A stretch of DNA of 64,000 nt from Eledone cirrhosa. Its lineage: Eukaryota. Of this stretch, positions 28,239-41,194 are shown in pieces; the first letter of the stretch is position 1, and each line of letters starts with the position of its first letter. The notes below the pieces were generated by a model that was not told where the DNA came from, did no database searches, and was given only the letters and a program-made list of their open reading frames with translations. The stretch is from positions 33,108,001 through 33,172,000 of the forward strand of contig OZ024748.1 of NCBI GenBank assembly GCA_964016885.1. The letters run 5' to 3'. The position numbers and the translations under genes are program-made.

Positions 28239-30297
28239 TTACCCATCTGCCAGATAGTTGAACGTTCGAAAGTATATACTTTCCTTATGAAAATTAACGG
28301 CTGAGCAGCCTAATTTGCATATTGAGTGAGTTAAATCGGTCAGGCATACCGAAAACGATAAATTGAAACAAAATGAAAACGAAATTTCATTTCTCACTCT
28401 TAGTATGGCACTTACTTAAATGTAAGTATGCATGTATACGTACATACATATATGTATACAGACGTACAGTAGCATGCACATATATATATATATACATATA
28501 TATATACATATGCATACAGGTACACATACATATATGCACGTATCAGTTTAGCGGCGCTAACGTCGCTTTGTTCGTTTGTAAACAAACTGAACAGCCTGAA
28601 TTTATGCCATACGGTGTTAAGGCAACCACGTCACCTTTTTGTTCAACACTGACACAGGAACGATGTACTAGTTTCAAGCTTGTTAGCTATCATCAGCACC
28701 GTTTACCCATCTGCCAGATAGTTGAACGTTCGAAAGTATATACTTTCCTTATGAAAATTAACGGCTGAGCAGCCTAATTTGCATATTGAGTGAGTTAAAT
28801 CGGTCAGGCATACCGAAAACGATAAATTGAAACAAAATGAAAACGAAATTTCATTTCTCACTCTTAGTATGGCACTTACTTAAATGTAAGTATGCATGTA
28901 TACGTACATACATATATGTATACAGACGTACAGTAGCATGCACATATATATATATATACATATATATATACATATGCATACAGGTACACATACATATATG
29001 CACGTATCAGTTTAGCGGCGCTAACGTCGCTTTGTTCGTTTGTAAACAAACTGAACAGCCTGAATTTATGCCATACGGTGTTAAGGCAACCACGTCACCT
29101 TTTTGTTCAACACTGACACAGGAACGATGTACTAGTTTCAAGCTTGTTAGCTATCATCAGCACCGTTTACCCATCTGCCAGATAGTTGAACGTTCGAAAG
29201 TATATACTTTCCTTATGAAAATTAACGGCTGAGCAGCCTAATTTGCATATTGAGTGAGTTAAATCGGTCAGGCATACCGAAAACGATAAATTGAAACAAA
29301 ATGAAAACGAAATTTCATTTCTCACTCTTAGTATGGCACTTACTTAAATGTAAGTATGCATGTATACGTACATACATATATGTATACAGACGTACAGTAG
29401 CATGCACATATATATATATATACATATATATATACATATGCATACAGGTACACATACATATATGCACGTATCAGTTTAGCGGCGCTAACGTCGCTTTGTT
29501 CGTTTGTAAACAAACTGAACAGCCTGAATTTATGCCATACGGTGTTAAGGCAACCACGTCACCTTTTTGTTCAACACTGACACAGGAACGATGTACTAGT
29601 TTCAAGCTTGTTAGCTATCATCAGCACCGTTTACCCATCTGCCAGATAGTTGAACGTTCGAAAGTATATACTTTCCTTATGAAAATTAACGGCTGAGCAG
29701 CCTAATTTGCATATTGAGTGAGTTAAATCGGTCAGGCATACCGAAAACGATAAATTGAAACAAAATGAAAACGAAATTTCATTTCTCACTCTTAGTATGG
29801 CACTTACTTAAATGTAAGTATGCATGTATACGTACATACATATATGTATACAGACGTACAGTAGCATGCACATATATATATATATACATATATATATACA
29901 TATGCATACAGGTACACATACATATATGCACGTATCAGTTTAGCGGCGCTAACGTCGCTTTGTTCGTTTGTAAACAAACTGAACAGCCTGTATGCATGTA
30001 CTGTATGCATATGTACCTGTATGCATATGTATATATATATGTATATATATATATATGTGCATGCTACTGTACGTCTGTATACATATATGTATGTACGTAT
30101 ACATGCATACTTACATTTAAGTAAGTGCCATACTAAGAGTGAGAAATGAAATTTCGTTTTCATTTTGTTTCAATTTATCGTTTTCGGTATGCCTGACCGA
30201 TTTAACTCACTCAATATGCAAATTAGGCTGCTCAGCCGTTAATTTTCATAAGGAAAGTATATACTTTCGAACGTTCAACTATCTGGCAGATGGGTAA

Positions 30298-30340
30298 ACG
30301 GTGCTGATGATAGCTAACAAGCTTGAAACTAGTACATCGT
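30298..30340 (+). ncRNA. Type I minimal hammerhead ribozyme (also starting at 30762, 31226, 31690)
   Basis: Stem I ACGGUG/CAUCGU; CUGAUGA...GAAA; stem II AGCU/AGCU; palindromic stem III ACUAGU; predicted cleavage after GUA (30334). Confidence 0.9.
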
Positions 30341-31970
30341 TCCTGTGTCAGTGTTGAACAAAAAGGTGACGTGGTTGCCTTAACACCGTATGGCATAAAT
30401 TCAGGCTGTTCAGTTTGTTTACAAACGAACAAAGCGACGTTAGCGCCGCTAAACTGATACGTGCATATATGTATGTGTACCTGTATGCATATGTATATAT
30501 ATATGTATATATATATATATGTGCATGCTACTGTACGTCTGTATACATATATGTATGTACGTATACATGCATACTTACATTTAAGTAAGTGCCATACTAA
30601 GAGTGAGAAATGAAATTTCGTTTTCATTTTGTTTCAATTTATCGTTTTCGGTATGCCTGACCGATTTAACTCACTCAATATGCAAATTAGGCTGCTCAGC
30701 CGTTAATTTTCATAAGGAAAGTATATACTTTCGAACGTTCAACTATCTGGCAGATGGGTAAACGGTGCTGATGATAGCTAACAAGCTTGAAACTAGTACA
30801 TCGTTCCTGTGTCAGTGTTGAACAAAAAGGTGACGTGGTTGCCTTAACACCGTATGGCATAAATTCAGGCTGTTCAGTTTGTTTACAAACGAACAAAGCG
30901 ACGTTAGCGCCGCTAAACTGATACGTGCATATATGTATGTGTACCTGTATGCATATGTATATATATATGTATATATATATATATGTGCATGCTACTGTAC
31001 GTCTGTATACATATATGTATGTACGTATACATGCATACTTACATTTAAGTAAGTGCCATACTAAGAGTGAGAAATGAAATTTCGTTTTCATTTTGTTTCA
31101 ATTTATCGTTTTCGGTATGCCTGACCGATTTAACTCACTCAATATGCAAATTAGGCTGCTCAGCCGTTAATTTTCATAAGGAAAGTATATACTTTCGAAC
31201 GTTCAACTATCTGGCAGATGGGTAAACGGTGCTGATGATAGCTAACAAGCTTGAAACTAGTACATCGTTCCTGTGTCAGTGTTGAACAAAAAGGTGACGT
31301 GGTTGCCTTAACACCGTATGGCATAAATTCAGGCTGTTCAGTTTGTTTACAAACGAACAAAGCGACGTTAGCGCCGCTAAACTGATACGTGCATATATGT
31401 ATGTGTACCTGTATGCATATGTATATATATATGTATATATATATATATGTGCATGCTACTGTACGTCTGTATACATATATGTATGTACGTATACATGCAT
31501 ACTTACATTTAAGTAAGTGCCATACTAAGAGTGAGAAATGAAATTTCGTTTTCATTTTGTTTCAATTTATCGTTTTCGGTATGCCTGACCGATTTAACTC
31601 ACTCAATATGCAAATTAGGCTGCTCAGCCGTTAATTTTCATAAGGAAAGTATATACTTTCGAACGTTCAACTATCTGGCAGATGGGTAAACGGTGCTGAT
31701 GATAGCTAACAAGCTTGAAACTAGTACATCGTTCCTGTGTCAGTGTTGAACAAAAAGGTGACGTGGTTGCCTTAACACCGTATGGCATAAATTCAGGCTG
31801 TTCAGTTTGTTTACAAACGAACAAAGCGACGTTAGCGCCGCTAAACTGATACGTGCATATATGTATGTGTACCTGTATGCATATGTATATATATATGTAT
31901 ATATATATATATGTGCATGCTACTGTACGTCTGTATACATATATGTATGTACGTATACATGCATACTTAC

Positions 31971-32045
<75 letters not shown>

Positions 32046-32076
32046 TACATATATATACATATATATATATATATAC

Positions 32077-32108
<32 letters not shown>

Positions 32109-32110
<2 letters not shown>

Positions 32111-33309
32111 TTAATACAATAACAGAGATAGTTTAAAGCTAAACTCTGACTGGTAACCATCTTACTCAACAAACATTAGGTTATATTTAAATATAAACCC
32201 AATTTAAGTGTTTGGGGCGCTAACAATATGTATAATGTGGAAAAACCAGTTGTATTATTTTATGAGATATAATTAAAGTTAAAGTATATCTCACTTTCCA
32301 AACAATTGTTTCATTATAAGTTTTCTACAAGTTGGGAGAATATTTCCAGTTTATGTAGAAGCCTAATATATATTCATGTAAGAATATATTTAGGTGGGCA
32401 CTTATAAATCATCAGTGGAAGCCCGTTAAACTTTGATATAAGAAAATAATTTCTTACCGCTCTCAAAAATCGTGTCTTTAAAGTTGCTCCCTTCCGCCTC
32501 GAATGACCGCCAAATTTGAAATTCCAGCAGTTTTTGACTGACGAAGTATCATAGCGACACGAAGCGGGAAGGGGAGACAACTCACGATCCACGAAATGAG
32601 GAAAAAAACAATATACACGCGGGTTAATTAGTTTTTTTGAAAACATTATCAATCCAACGTGTTAAGAACTCAATTGAAAATAAAAAAAATAAATATATGC
32701 TTGTATAAATTACACACGCATATAGATATTTTCTTAGGCTAAATCAGAAGTTGTACCCGAATAAGAACCGCATCTCATAACCGCAGTAAATGCAGAAAGT
32801 TATGCTTTAAAGGGCAAATGGGAATGTAAATCTCCGGCCGAATTAAGAGTAAAATATAAAACACACGCGGGTTAATTAGTTATTTCAAAAGCAATATTAA
32901 TTCCTTGTGTAAAGAACTCAATTAATAAAATAAAATAAATGTATGCATGTAATTATATACGTAGTCATATATATTTTTTCTTAGGCTAAAAAACAGAGAA
33001 GTTACAACCAAAAAAAGCCACAACATTTCACAACAGTAACAAATACGGAAAGTCAAATTCATAAGGTACCTGGAAATAAACACCTCTGGCCAATCAAGAG
33101 TAAATATTTAATACAATAACAGAGATAGTTTAAAGCTAAACTCTGACTGGTAACCATCTCACTCAACAAACATTAGGTTATATTTAAATATAAACCCAAT
33201 TTAAGTGTTTGGGGTGCTAACAATATGTATAATGTGGAAAAACCAGTTGTATTATTTTATGAGATATAATTAAAGTTAAAGTATATCTCTCTTTCCAAAC
33301 AATTGTTTC

Positions 33310-33315
<6 letters not shown>
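32109..33315. repeat. Partial tandem (~1.2 copies, ~997-bp period) interspersed repeat in (TA)n
   Basis: 32109-32317 is repeated at 33106-33315. Another copy lies at ~37519-38010. Confidence 0.85.
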
Positions 33316-33377
<62 letters not shown>

Positions 33378-35790
33378 CATATGATGGCTGCCCCCTCGTT
33401 ATCGAGTATGGCCATTGCACGAAAAAAAACAAAACATAATAATAACAATAATAATATACATATATATATATATACACACGCGCGCACACATAAACATATC
33501 TACATACACACACACTTTCGAGTCCAGCTTTGCTTAGGCAGAGTCTCGCACAGACGCTGCATGTCAGCGCCAAAGGAGGACCTTCGCCGTCTGGAAATGC
33601 AACAGCAATGCCCTTCCTCACATCCCGCTTTACTTTCTCGTATGCGATTCAAGATGCCTCAAAGGCAACTTTTCCCTCATATACAGTCTTTCTCCATTTA
33701 TTACGACCAGCAGCAACATTTTCCCATGTATCAACAGAGATGTTAGCATCTTTTTTTGGTTTATATAGAGGTCGTTTTCCTTTAACTAACTCTCCATAAA
33801 AGATTTGTTTTCGTATTCTAGTATCCTTCATCCTGAAAAGATGAGCACTCCAACGGAGTCGTTGCTTAAGCACAAGAGCTTCTAAACTGTCACACAGAGA
33901 GCTTTAAAAAATCTCGACATCACTGATGTGGTCCCTCCAGTGAACGCCATGGATCCGTCTAAGACACATCTGATGGAAACGCTTCAATTGCTTAAGGTGC
34001 TGTCAATATGTGACCCAGGTCTCGCAGGCATAAAGAAGAGAAGAGAGCACACATGCCTTGTACATCTTTACCTTTGTCTTCTTGCATATGTCTCGCCGAC
34101 CCCAGAGTCACCTTTCTAGCTTTCCGAAAGCATCACTTGCTTTCCTAAACCTGAGTGGGATTTCATTATCAAGGTTGCTGTATCGATTGACAGTGCTTCC
34201 CAGGTAGACAAACTGATCAACCACTCCAAGTCGTTTACCATACACATAGCTATTTGGTTCACTGTACTGCTTACCAGGGGCAGGTTGGTACATGACGACG
34301 GTTTTCTTGAGACTGACAGTCAATCCCAGGACATTGCAAGCATCAGAAAATGCATTCAAAATGTGCTGCATATCACTCTCTGTGTGCGCTACAAGATTGC
34401 AATCATCTGCATACAAGAGGTCTCTTATGATTGATGTAAACACTTTTGTTTTGCAGCAAAGCGCCTGATGTTAATTATGCTGCCTGGGGTTCGATATCAG
34501 ATGTAAACACCATGCTTGCAATTCCTGAATGCAATATAGAAAACCATTGCAAGGTATATGGCAAACAGGGACGGTGCTGGAATATCCCCTTGTTTCACTC
34601 CATTTTTTACTGAGATAGGCTCCGACATGTTACCTCCGACAAAAACCTGATACAGATCCAAACCTTGTTCCATGCACTTCTCCTGGAGGTGTCTAGCTGA
34701 GAAAATCACATCAGTAGTGCCGCGTCCAGCACGAAAACCAGATTGACTGACAAGAAGAACACAATCTGCAATGTGTGTCAGCAATGTGTGTCTTCTATAT
34801 GTTCATCATTCTCATTAAACCCGTCTTGATGTTTTCTCTGCACCAAGCCTGCCTACATCATAAACCGACTTTTTAAGGGTCGGCCAATCCTCACCAAGAT
34901 CTGCAACCTGCATCTCTTCTTGCAATGTCCTCTTCACATTTTTATCCCTAAGACGAGCACCATTCAATCTTCTGGGCAGGGCAACACCAGGAGCCCGGAT
35001 TTTACGTTTAGTGATTAGTTTCACTTTTGCGCGTACCAGGCGGTGGTCCGTCCAGCACTCAGCCCCACGAAGAGCACGAACACACTGCACATCCTGACTG
35101 ACACGCATCCTGACTAGAACGTAGTCCAAAAGATGCCATTCCTTAGATGCAGGATGCATCCATGTGGTCTTAAATTTGTTCTTTTGTTGGAACATGGTGT
35201 TGGTAACACACAGATCCAGCTCCTCCCACATCTGCAGCAGGAGCACACCATTTTTGTTACACTTTCCCACCCCATACCTTCCGATTACATTCTATGTGTT
35301 AAAATCCCTACCCACTCTAGCATTAAAGTCACCAAGCACGATGACTTTGTCTGCCAGAGAGATATTTCTTAAAACACCTTTCAAGGCATGGTAAAAGGAC
35401 ACTTTTTCTTCATCGACAGAATTCCTAGTTGGAGTATACACACTCACCAGGGTCGCATATCTTCCTTTTTCCAGCGGAATTCTCATGGACATAAGACGCT
35501 CACTAATCCCTACTGGGAATTCTTCTAATTTATTCACAAGAACAGTCTTAACAGTAAATGCTACCGCAGTCTCTCTTCTGGTTCCTTCATCTCTTCCTTT
35601 CCAGAAGAATGTATATTCTCCACAAAATTCTGTAAGATGACCATCTCCAGCTAACCTCGTCTCAGATAAAGCCACGATGTCAAGATCGTAACGTCGAAGC
35701 TCCTTTGCAACAAGAGCGATCCTTCGTTCAGGGCGTTCCAAGGAATCCCTGTCAAGCAGCGTCCGTACGTTCCAGCAGCCAAGACTAAAT
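33378..35790 (-). mobile_element. RTE-clade LINE, degenerate, with 3' tail
   Basis: WNVRTL, ALSETR, GDFNARVG, WHLLDYV, QSGFRAGRGT, GVKQG, LYADD, RLRWSAHL. Tail ...ggggcagccatcat at (TA)n. Confidence 0.92.
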
Positions 35791-35954
35791 GCCTTGTTTG
35801 GCTCTATTACAGTGGCACGATGACGAGCGGGCCCAGTATGTTATAACCTGGGGCCCCTGCCATTATTGCCAATTATCTCTTTTGTTCCAGAACCTTTATT
35901 GCCAATTATCTCTTTTATATTGTTTTGGAACATCATTGAATTGGGAAAAAAAAA

Positions 35955-35986
<32 letters not shown>

Positions 35987-35989
35987 TGT

Positions 35990-36165
35990 TTCTACTTTTG
36001 CACAAGGCCAGCAATTATCCCAGTGTATTACTGGTACTTTATTTTATCCACCCCGTAAGGATGAAAGGCAAAGTTAACCTCGGCGGGATTTGAACGCAAT
36101 CCGTAAAGGGACGTAACTGTGCTGCAAAGCATGGCGTCCGACCCTCTACCGATACTGCAAATCCA
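35990..36165 (-). mobile_element. tRNA-derived SINE family A
   Basis: Homologous to 8450-8670. A further decayed plus-strand copy lies at ~36750-36865. Confidence 0.78.
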
Positions 36166-37356
36166 ATAATATACTATTAATAATTATTAATTAATGCAAT
36201 CGTGCAATGCCTGTGCGTGAAGAATATTTTTAAAGTGAGGAAAGACTGTGCACTGAGCCAATGCCACTCTCTGAGCGACAGTAGCTATAACCCGAAAAGA
36301 AGAAAAGATCAACATCATCGGTAACTACTGAACCGCAGGTTTTATGTCGGAGTTAACCCAGTATCCTGAGATGCCTTCTCCTAGAAGAATTCCCTGACAA
36401 GGGCTACGAATTCTTCACTCCCAGTGGTTTAACTGTGCGATCGGGTATCCAGCCCGACTATTTCTATGTCCCCGCGCATAAAAAAAAGAAAAGAAACTCA
36501 CTTATTGACACTCATACGTACAACATACACACACGCGCACACATACACATACATACGCGTGCAAACACTAACACTCATGCATACAAACACACACACACAC
36601 ACATATATATATATATTACCGTCATTACTGATACAAGATTACAAGATTATGTCAACTGTTGACTTTCAAGAGTTCGTATAGTTGAAGATGTTGGTGTTAC
36701 AGTTCAGTATTATTATAATTGCTTTACAGCATAGAGCTATGGCCCTCCACGCTCCGAGTTCAAATCCCAACGAGGTCAAGCTTGCCTTTCATCCCCACAG
36801 GGTCAACAAAAGAGAGTCAATGCGCTGGAACAATCGCTGGCTCCGTGCCAAAAGCAGAAAAATTATTATTAAAGTTGTTTTTTTAAGGCCCGGTTGCTGG
36901 TGATGGTGATGGCGGCAGTGGATGGTGGTGGTGGTGGCAGTTGATGTCGTTGTTGTGTTGTGTGTGTGTTATTTATTTTTTTATTTTTTTAACGTTTGAT
37001 GCCGCTCTATAATACAATACATACATATACATACATATATACATACATAATAAATAAATAAATAACAACATCAATATATATGTATCTATATTATTGTTCA
37101 GTTGAATAGGAGGTTAATTATATGTACAAACATTGATAATGCTCCGATGATTCCAAACGAGAGTTTGGAAGAAACGATTGTCAGCTATTAAATGATCTGA
37201 ACACAACTTTGATAATTGTGTAGTTTATTTATTTTCTTGCTCTGTAAAACAACTGATGTTCTTACATTGAGCTATTTCTCTTACTGGTAATAAGGTAGTA
37301 GGGAATTACTGACCTTTCCTGTTTATAGTTGTTTATACTAAATACATAACTATAAA

Positions 37357-37387
<31 letters not shown>

Positions 37388-37518
37388 TACATATGTACAT
37401 ACATATATATATACATATATATATACATATATATATACATATATATATATACATATATATATACATATATATATACATATACATATATCTATACATATAT
37501 ACATATATATATACATAT

Positions 37519-38012
37519 ATTTAATACAATAACAGAGATAGTTTAAAGCTAAACTCTGACTGGTAACCATCTCACTCAACAAACATTAGGTTATATTAAA
37601 ATATAAACCATATTTAAGTGTTTGGGGTGCTAACAATATGTATAATGTGGAAAAACCAGTTGTATTATTTTATGAGATATAATTAAAGTTAAAGTATATC
37701 TCTCTTTCCAAACAATTGTTTCATTATAAGTTTTCTACAAGTTTGGGAGAATGTTTCCAGTTTATGTAGAAGCCTAATATATATTCATGTAAGAATATAT
37801 TTAGGTGGGCAGTTATAAATCATCAGTGGAAGCCTATTAAACATTGATATAAGAAAACAATTTCTTACCGCTGTCAAAAATCATGTCCGTAAAGTTGCTC
37901 TCTCTCACCTCGAATGACCGCCAAATTTGAAATTCCAGCAGTTTTTGACTGAGGAGGTATCATAGCGACACGAAGCGGGAAGGGGAGACAACCCACGAAA
38001 TGAGGAAAAAAA
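37519..38012. repeat. Copy of the 32109-32610 repeat
   Basis: Direct high-identity match, bounded by (TA)n. Confidence 0.85.
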
Positions 38013-38062
38013 TAATATACATATATATACATTTACATATATATATATATATATATATATAC

Positions 38063-38106
<44 letters not shown>

Positions 38107-38107
<1 letters not shown>

Positions 38108-39720
38108 CAAGTTAACTTTAATACCTTTTGATTCTAGGCCATGCTTCCATGTTTGGAATTTCTTCTCTAGTTCAGCCATAGATTCAGCTATGAGCGTTAG
38201 ATCATTTGCATATAGAAGTTCCCAATGGCAGCCGGTCTTGAACTCCTCTGTTATAGCCTGAAAGGCAATAATAAGTAGGAGGGGGCTAAGGACAGAGCCT
38301 TGATGAACACCAACTTTTACGCTAAATTCTTCACTATATTCATTGTTATATTCTAACCTTGCTGACTGCATAGCTCTCACAAGCCATTCATCTACACCTA
38401 GTTTTCTAAGAGCCCACCGGAAATGGCGCGGGGGACTCTGTCACAGGCTTTCTCCAAGTCTACAAAAGCTAAGTAGAAGGGTTTACTTTTACCTAGGTAC
38501 TTCTCTTGTAGTTGTCGTACAAGGAAAAGAGCGTCTGTGGTACTTTTACATGACACAAACTCAAACTGCATTTCATCTAGATCAATTCGCTCTCTGTGAC
38601 CTTCATGACCTGGTCAACTCACTTAATGCCTCTATAGTTTCTCCTATCTAGAGCATCCCCTTTACCCTTGTAGCAGTAAATGATGATGCTGCTACGCCAG
38701 TCCTTTGGTATGACCCCATTCTGTATTACTTGGTTTACTATCTGGGTGACCATAGTATTTCCCACCATTCCAGATGCTTTCAACATCTCAGCAATTATCT
38801 CCGAAGGCCCAGCTGCCTTGCCTGTCTTCATATCTTAGATTGCCTTACTTACTATACTACCTTTAACTTGCACTGCTGGTCCCTCTATTGGATCGATTTG
38901 GGGCAGACTATCTTTTTGACATTTATTCTCCTCATTTAGTAGTCTCTCGAGTGACACTTCCAAGCTATCTTCTTATCAGCAAAAGTGAGCGCAAGTACAC
39001 CATTATCATTACGGACTCACTTCTCCCCAACAGTTTCACGATTTTCCTTGACGCATTGCCCAGCAATCCTGAACACCTCACGTTTTTGGTCCTCTTGTTG
39101 TAGAACATGCTTGAACTTTCTATCTTCTGCTTCCCTTTTTGCAAGGTACACTTGTTTCCTAGCTTCTCTCCTGGCCACTTGATAGTGCTCTCTACTACCA
39201 CCATCCTGCCATACTTTCCAAGCCTGCTCTTTTGCCTTGATTGTCTCCTCCACCTTACTGTTCTACCACCAAGTTACTCTCCTCCTGCCTATAGGTCTGC
39301 TCCAGCCACAGATTTCATCCGTCGCTTTCAGCAGGTTCACGTTCAAGAATTTCCACTGTTCCTCTATATTGTACGTCTCTAATTGCTCTTCCTTACTGGC
39401 TGTGGGTTCCTTCAACTTCAATATTTTTCTCCTCAAGGTAGTATTTTGTTTTATGTTCATTGTTCATCACACACACACATATAATTGATATTCTCTTTGG
39501 AATTATTGACGAAGTTCCTAGCCAAGATTAAGTTGCTTTCTTTAGCTTTTGTAGATCTAGAAAAGGCCTTTGACAGAGTACCTCACTCTGTTATCTGGTG
39601 GTCCTTCAGAAATTTAGGTGGAGAATGGCTTGTGAGAGCAGTGCAAGCCATGTACAGAGGAGCTGTCAGTAAAGTGAGGGTAGGAAGGGAGTTTAGTGAG
39701 GAATTCAATGTACAGGTTGA
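38107..39720 (-). mobile_element. RTE LINE fragment (minus, 38107-39460) followed by an oppositely oriented RT fragment (plus, ~39510-39720)
   Basis: GVHQGSVLSP, LYAND, KAAGPS, NYRGIK on minus; FVDLEKAFDRV on plus. Same family as 19850-22292. Confidence 0.88.
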
Positions 39721-40679
39721 GTGCTTCCAATCTATTGTAAAACTCATTCTTTGATGTATTCATTGAACCTTGTTTAACTTTTAAATATATATATATATAT
39801 ATATGTATATATATGTATGTATATACGTTTATTTAATTATATGTATACACGCACACACACACACATATATATATATTAATATATATATTTTTATATATAA
39901 TTTTGTGTGTGTTTGGTGTATACATTCGTATGCGTGCGGGTACAGGCGTTGAGTGTGTTCTGTATGTGCGTGTGGGTTTTTTTTTGTACGTGCGCGTATT
40001 TGTATACCTATGGCGAGTATTTTCGCGTATGCTTGTGTATGTACGTATATGGATGCGTGTATGTATTTATTTCAATTACCTCTGTATTTTATTTACTGTA
40101 TTCTTAACTCTGAAGCCGAGAATCATTCGGTTTCCTAGTTAGAATTTTAGTCTACGACTTCAGTTATACCAATTACGTGGTTTTGTCTTTGCGTGCAATT
40201 GTTCTCCCCGCCGCATATGACGTATTATCTTCGTTTTTTCCGTTCATTGCCTGAGAATGTCTCTATGAACTACCTAATAGAATATTTGTCTACGACTTCT
40301 TTTATACCATAAACGTGGTTTTGTCTTTGCGGGTAATTGTTTTTCACCGCTTCAAATAATGACGTATTATATTCGTTTTTTCCCGTTCTTTCCCATGGAA
40401 CGTTTCCACGAACCAAAGTATCATCTTCCTGTCTTCCTCCGGTTGAAACGTTTTTTGAAATATTCACTTCTGTGTTCACAGATTGACTTTGTTAGTTTCA
40501 GAAGATCTCGTTAAGGGTGAAAGCAGCGATTCTTTGCTTAAACTTTAATCTGTTATTTTAATCAATATTTGCTCTACGGTTCTTATATATTTGATATATA
40601 TTTATCCTTATCGAGCCCTCTTTGGATTTTAGTCTTCAAATTTATTATTATTACTATATATATATATATATATATATAT

Positions 40680-41019
40680 ATCATCATCATCATCATCATT
40701 TTACGTCCGCTTTTCCCTGCTTGCAAGGGTGGGGCGGGAACTGATTCTGGCTTGATTTCTACAGCTGGATGCCCTTCCTAACACCAACCTCATTTACAGT
40801 GAGTGCTGGGTGCTTTTTTGCCGTGGCACCTCCACGACCACTTTGCAGTGGAATGATATGGACTCCAGTCCCTATCATCTCATTTCTACAGCTGAGTAAA
40901 CTGGAGCAATGGGAAATAAAGTGTCTTGCTGAAGGAAACAACACATCACCCGGTATGAGAATTGAACTCACAACCTTTCGATTGCAAGGCCAATGCTCAA
41001 ACTATTAAGCCATGTGCCC

Positions 41020-41099
<80 letters not shown>

Positions 41100-41192
41100 G
41101 GGCACATGGCTTAATAGTTAGAGCATTGGCCTTGCAATCGAAAGGTTGTGAGCTCAATTCTCATACCGGGTGATGTGTTGTTTCCTTCAGCA
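40680..41192. mobile_element. SINE family B (minus, 40680-41022) plus inverted head copy (plus, ~41096-41192) across (TA)n
   Basis: 41096-41192 is a near-perfect reverse complement of ~40927-41023. Confidence 0.85.
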
Positions 41193-41194
41193 TA

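Larger units (their letters stand above)
27894..31975. mobile_element. Retrozyme-like array 2: 464-bp tandem unit, ~4.5 copies then ~4.2 inverted copies, flanked by (TA)n
   Basis: Identical ORFs every 464 bp (27909, 28373, 28837, 29301, 29765), mirrored on the minus strand. Flip at ~29990-30013. One hammerhead per full unit. Confidence 0.92.

Noticed and set aside
27909-31555. Repeated 131-aa ORF MKTKFHFSLL...
   Set aside because: It is antisense to the ribozyme strand, crosses a TA microsatellite (YIYI) and has no recognisable domain. It is a by-product of unit repetition.
40495-40535. CAGAAGA-T-CTC-GTTAA-GGG-T-GAAA hammerhead-like string
   Set aside because: The core is mutated (CAGA) and no stem I/III could be assigned.
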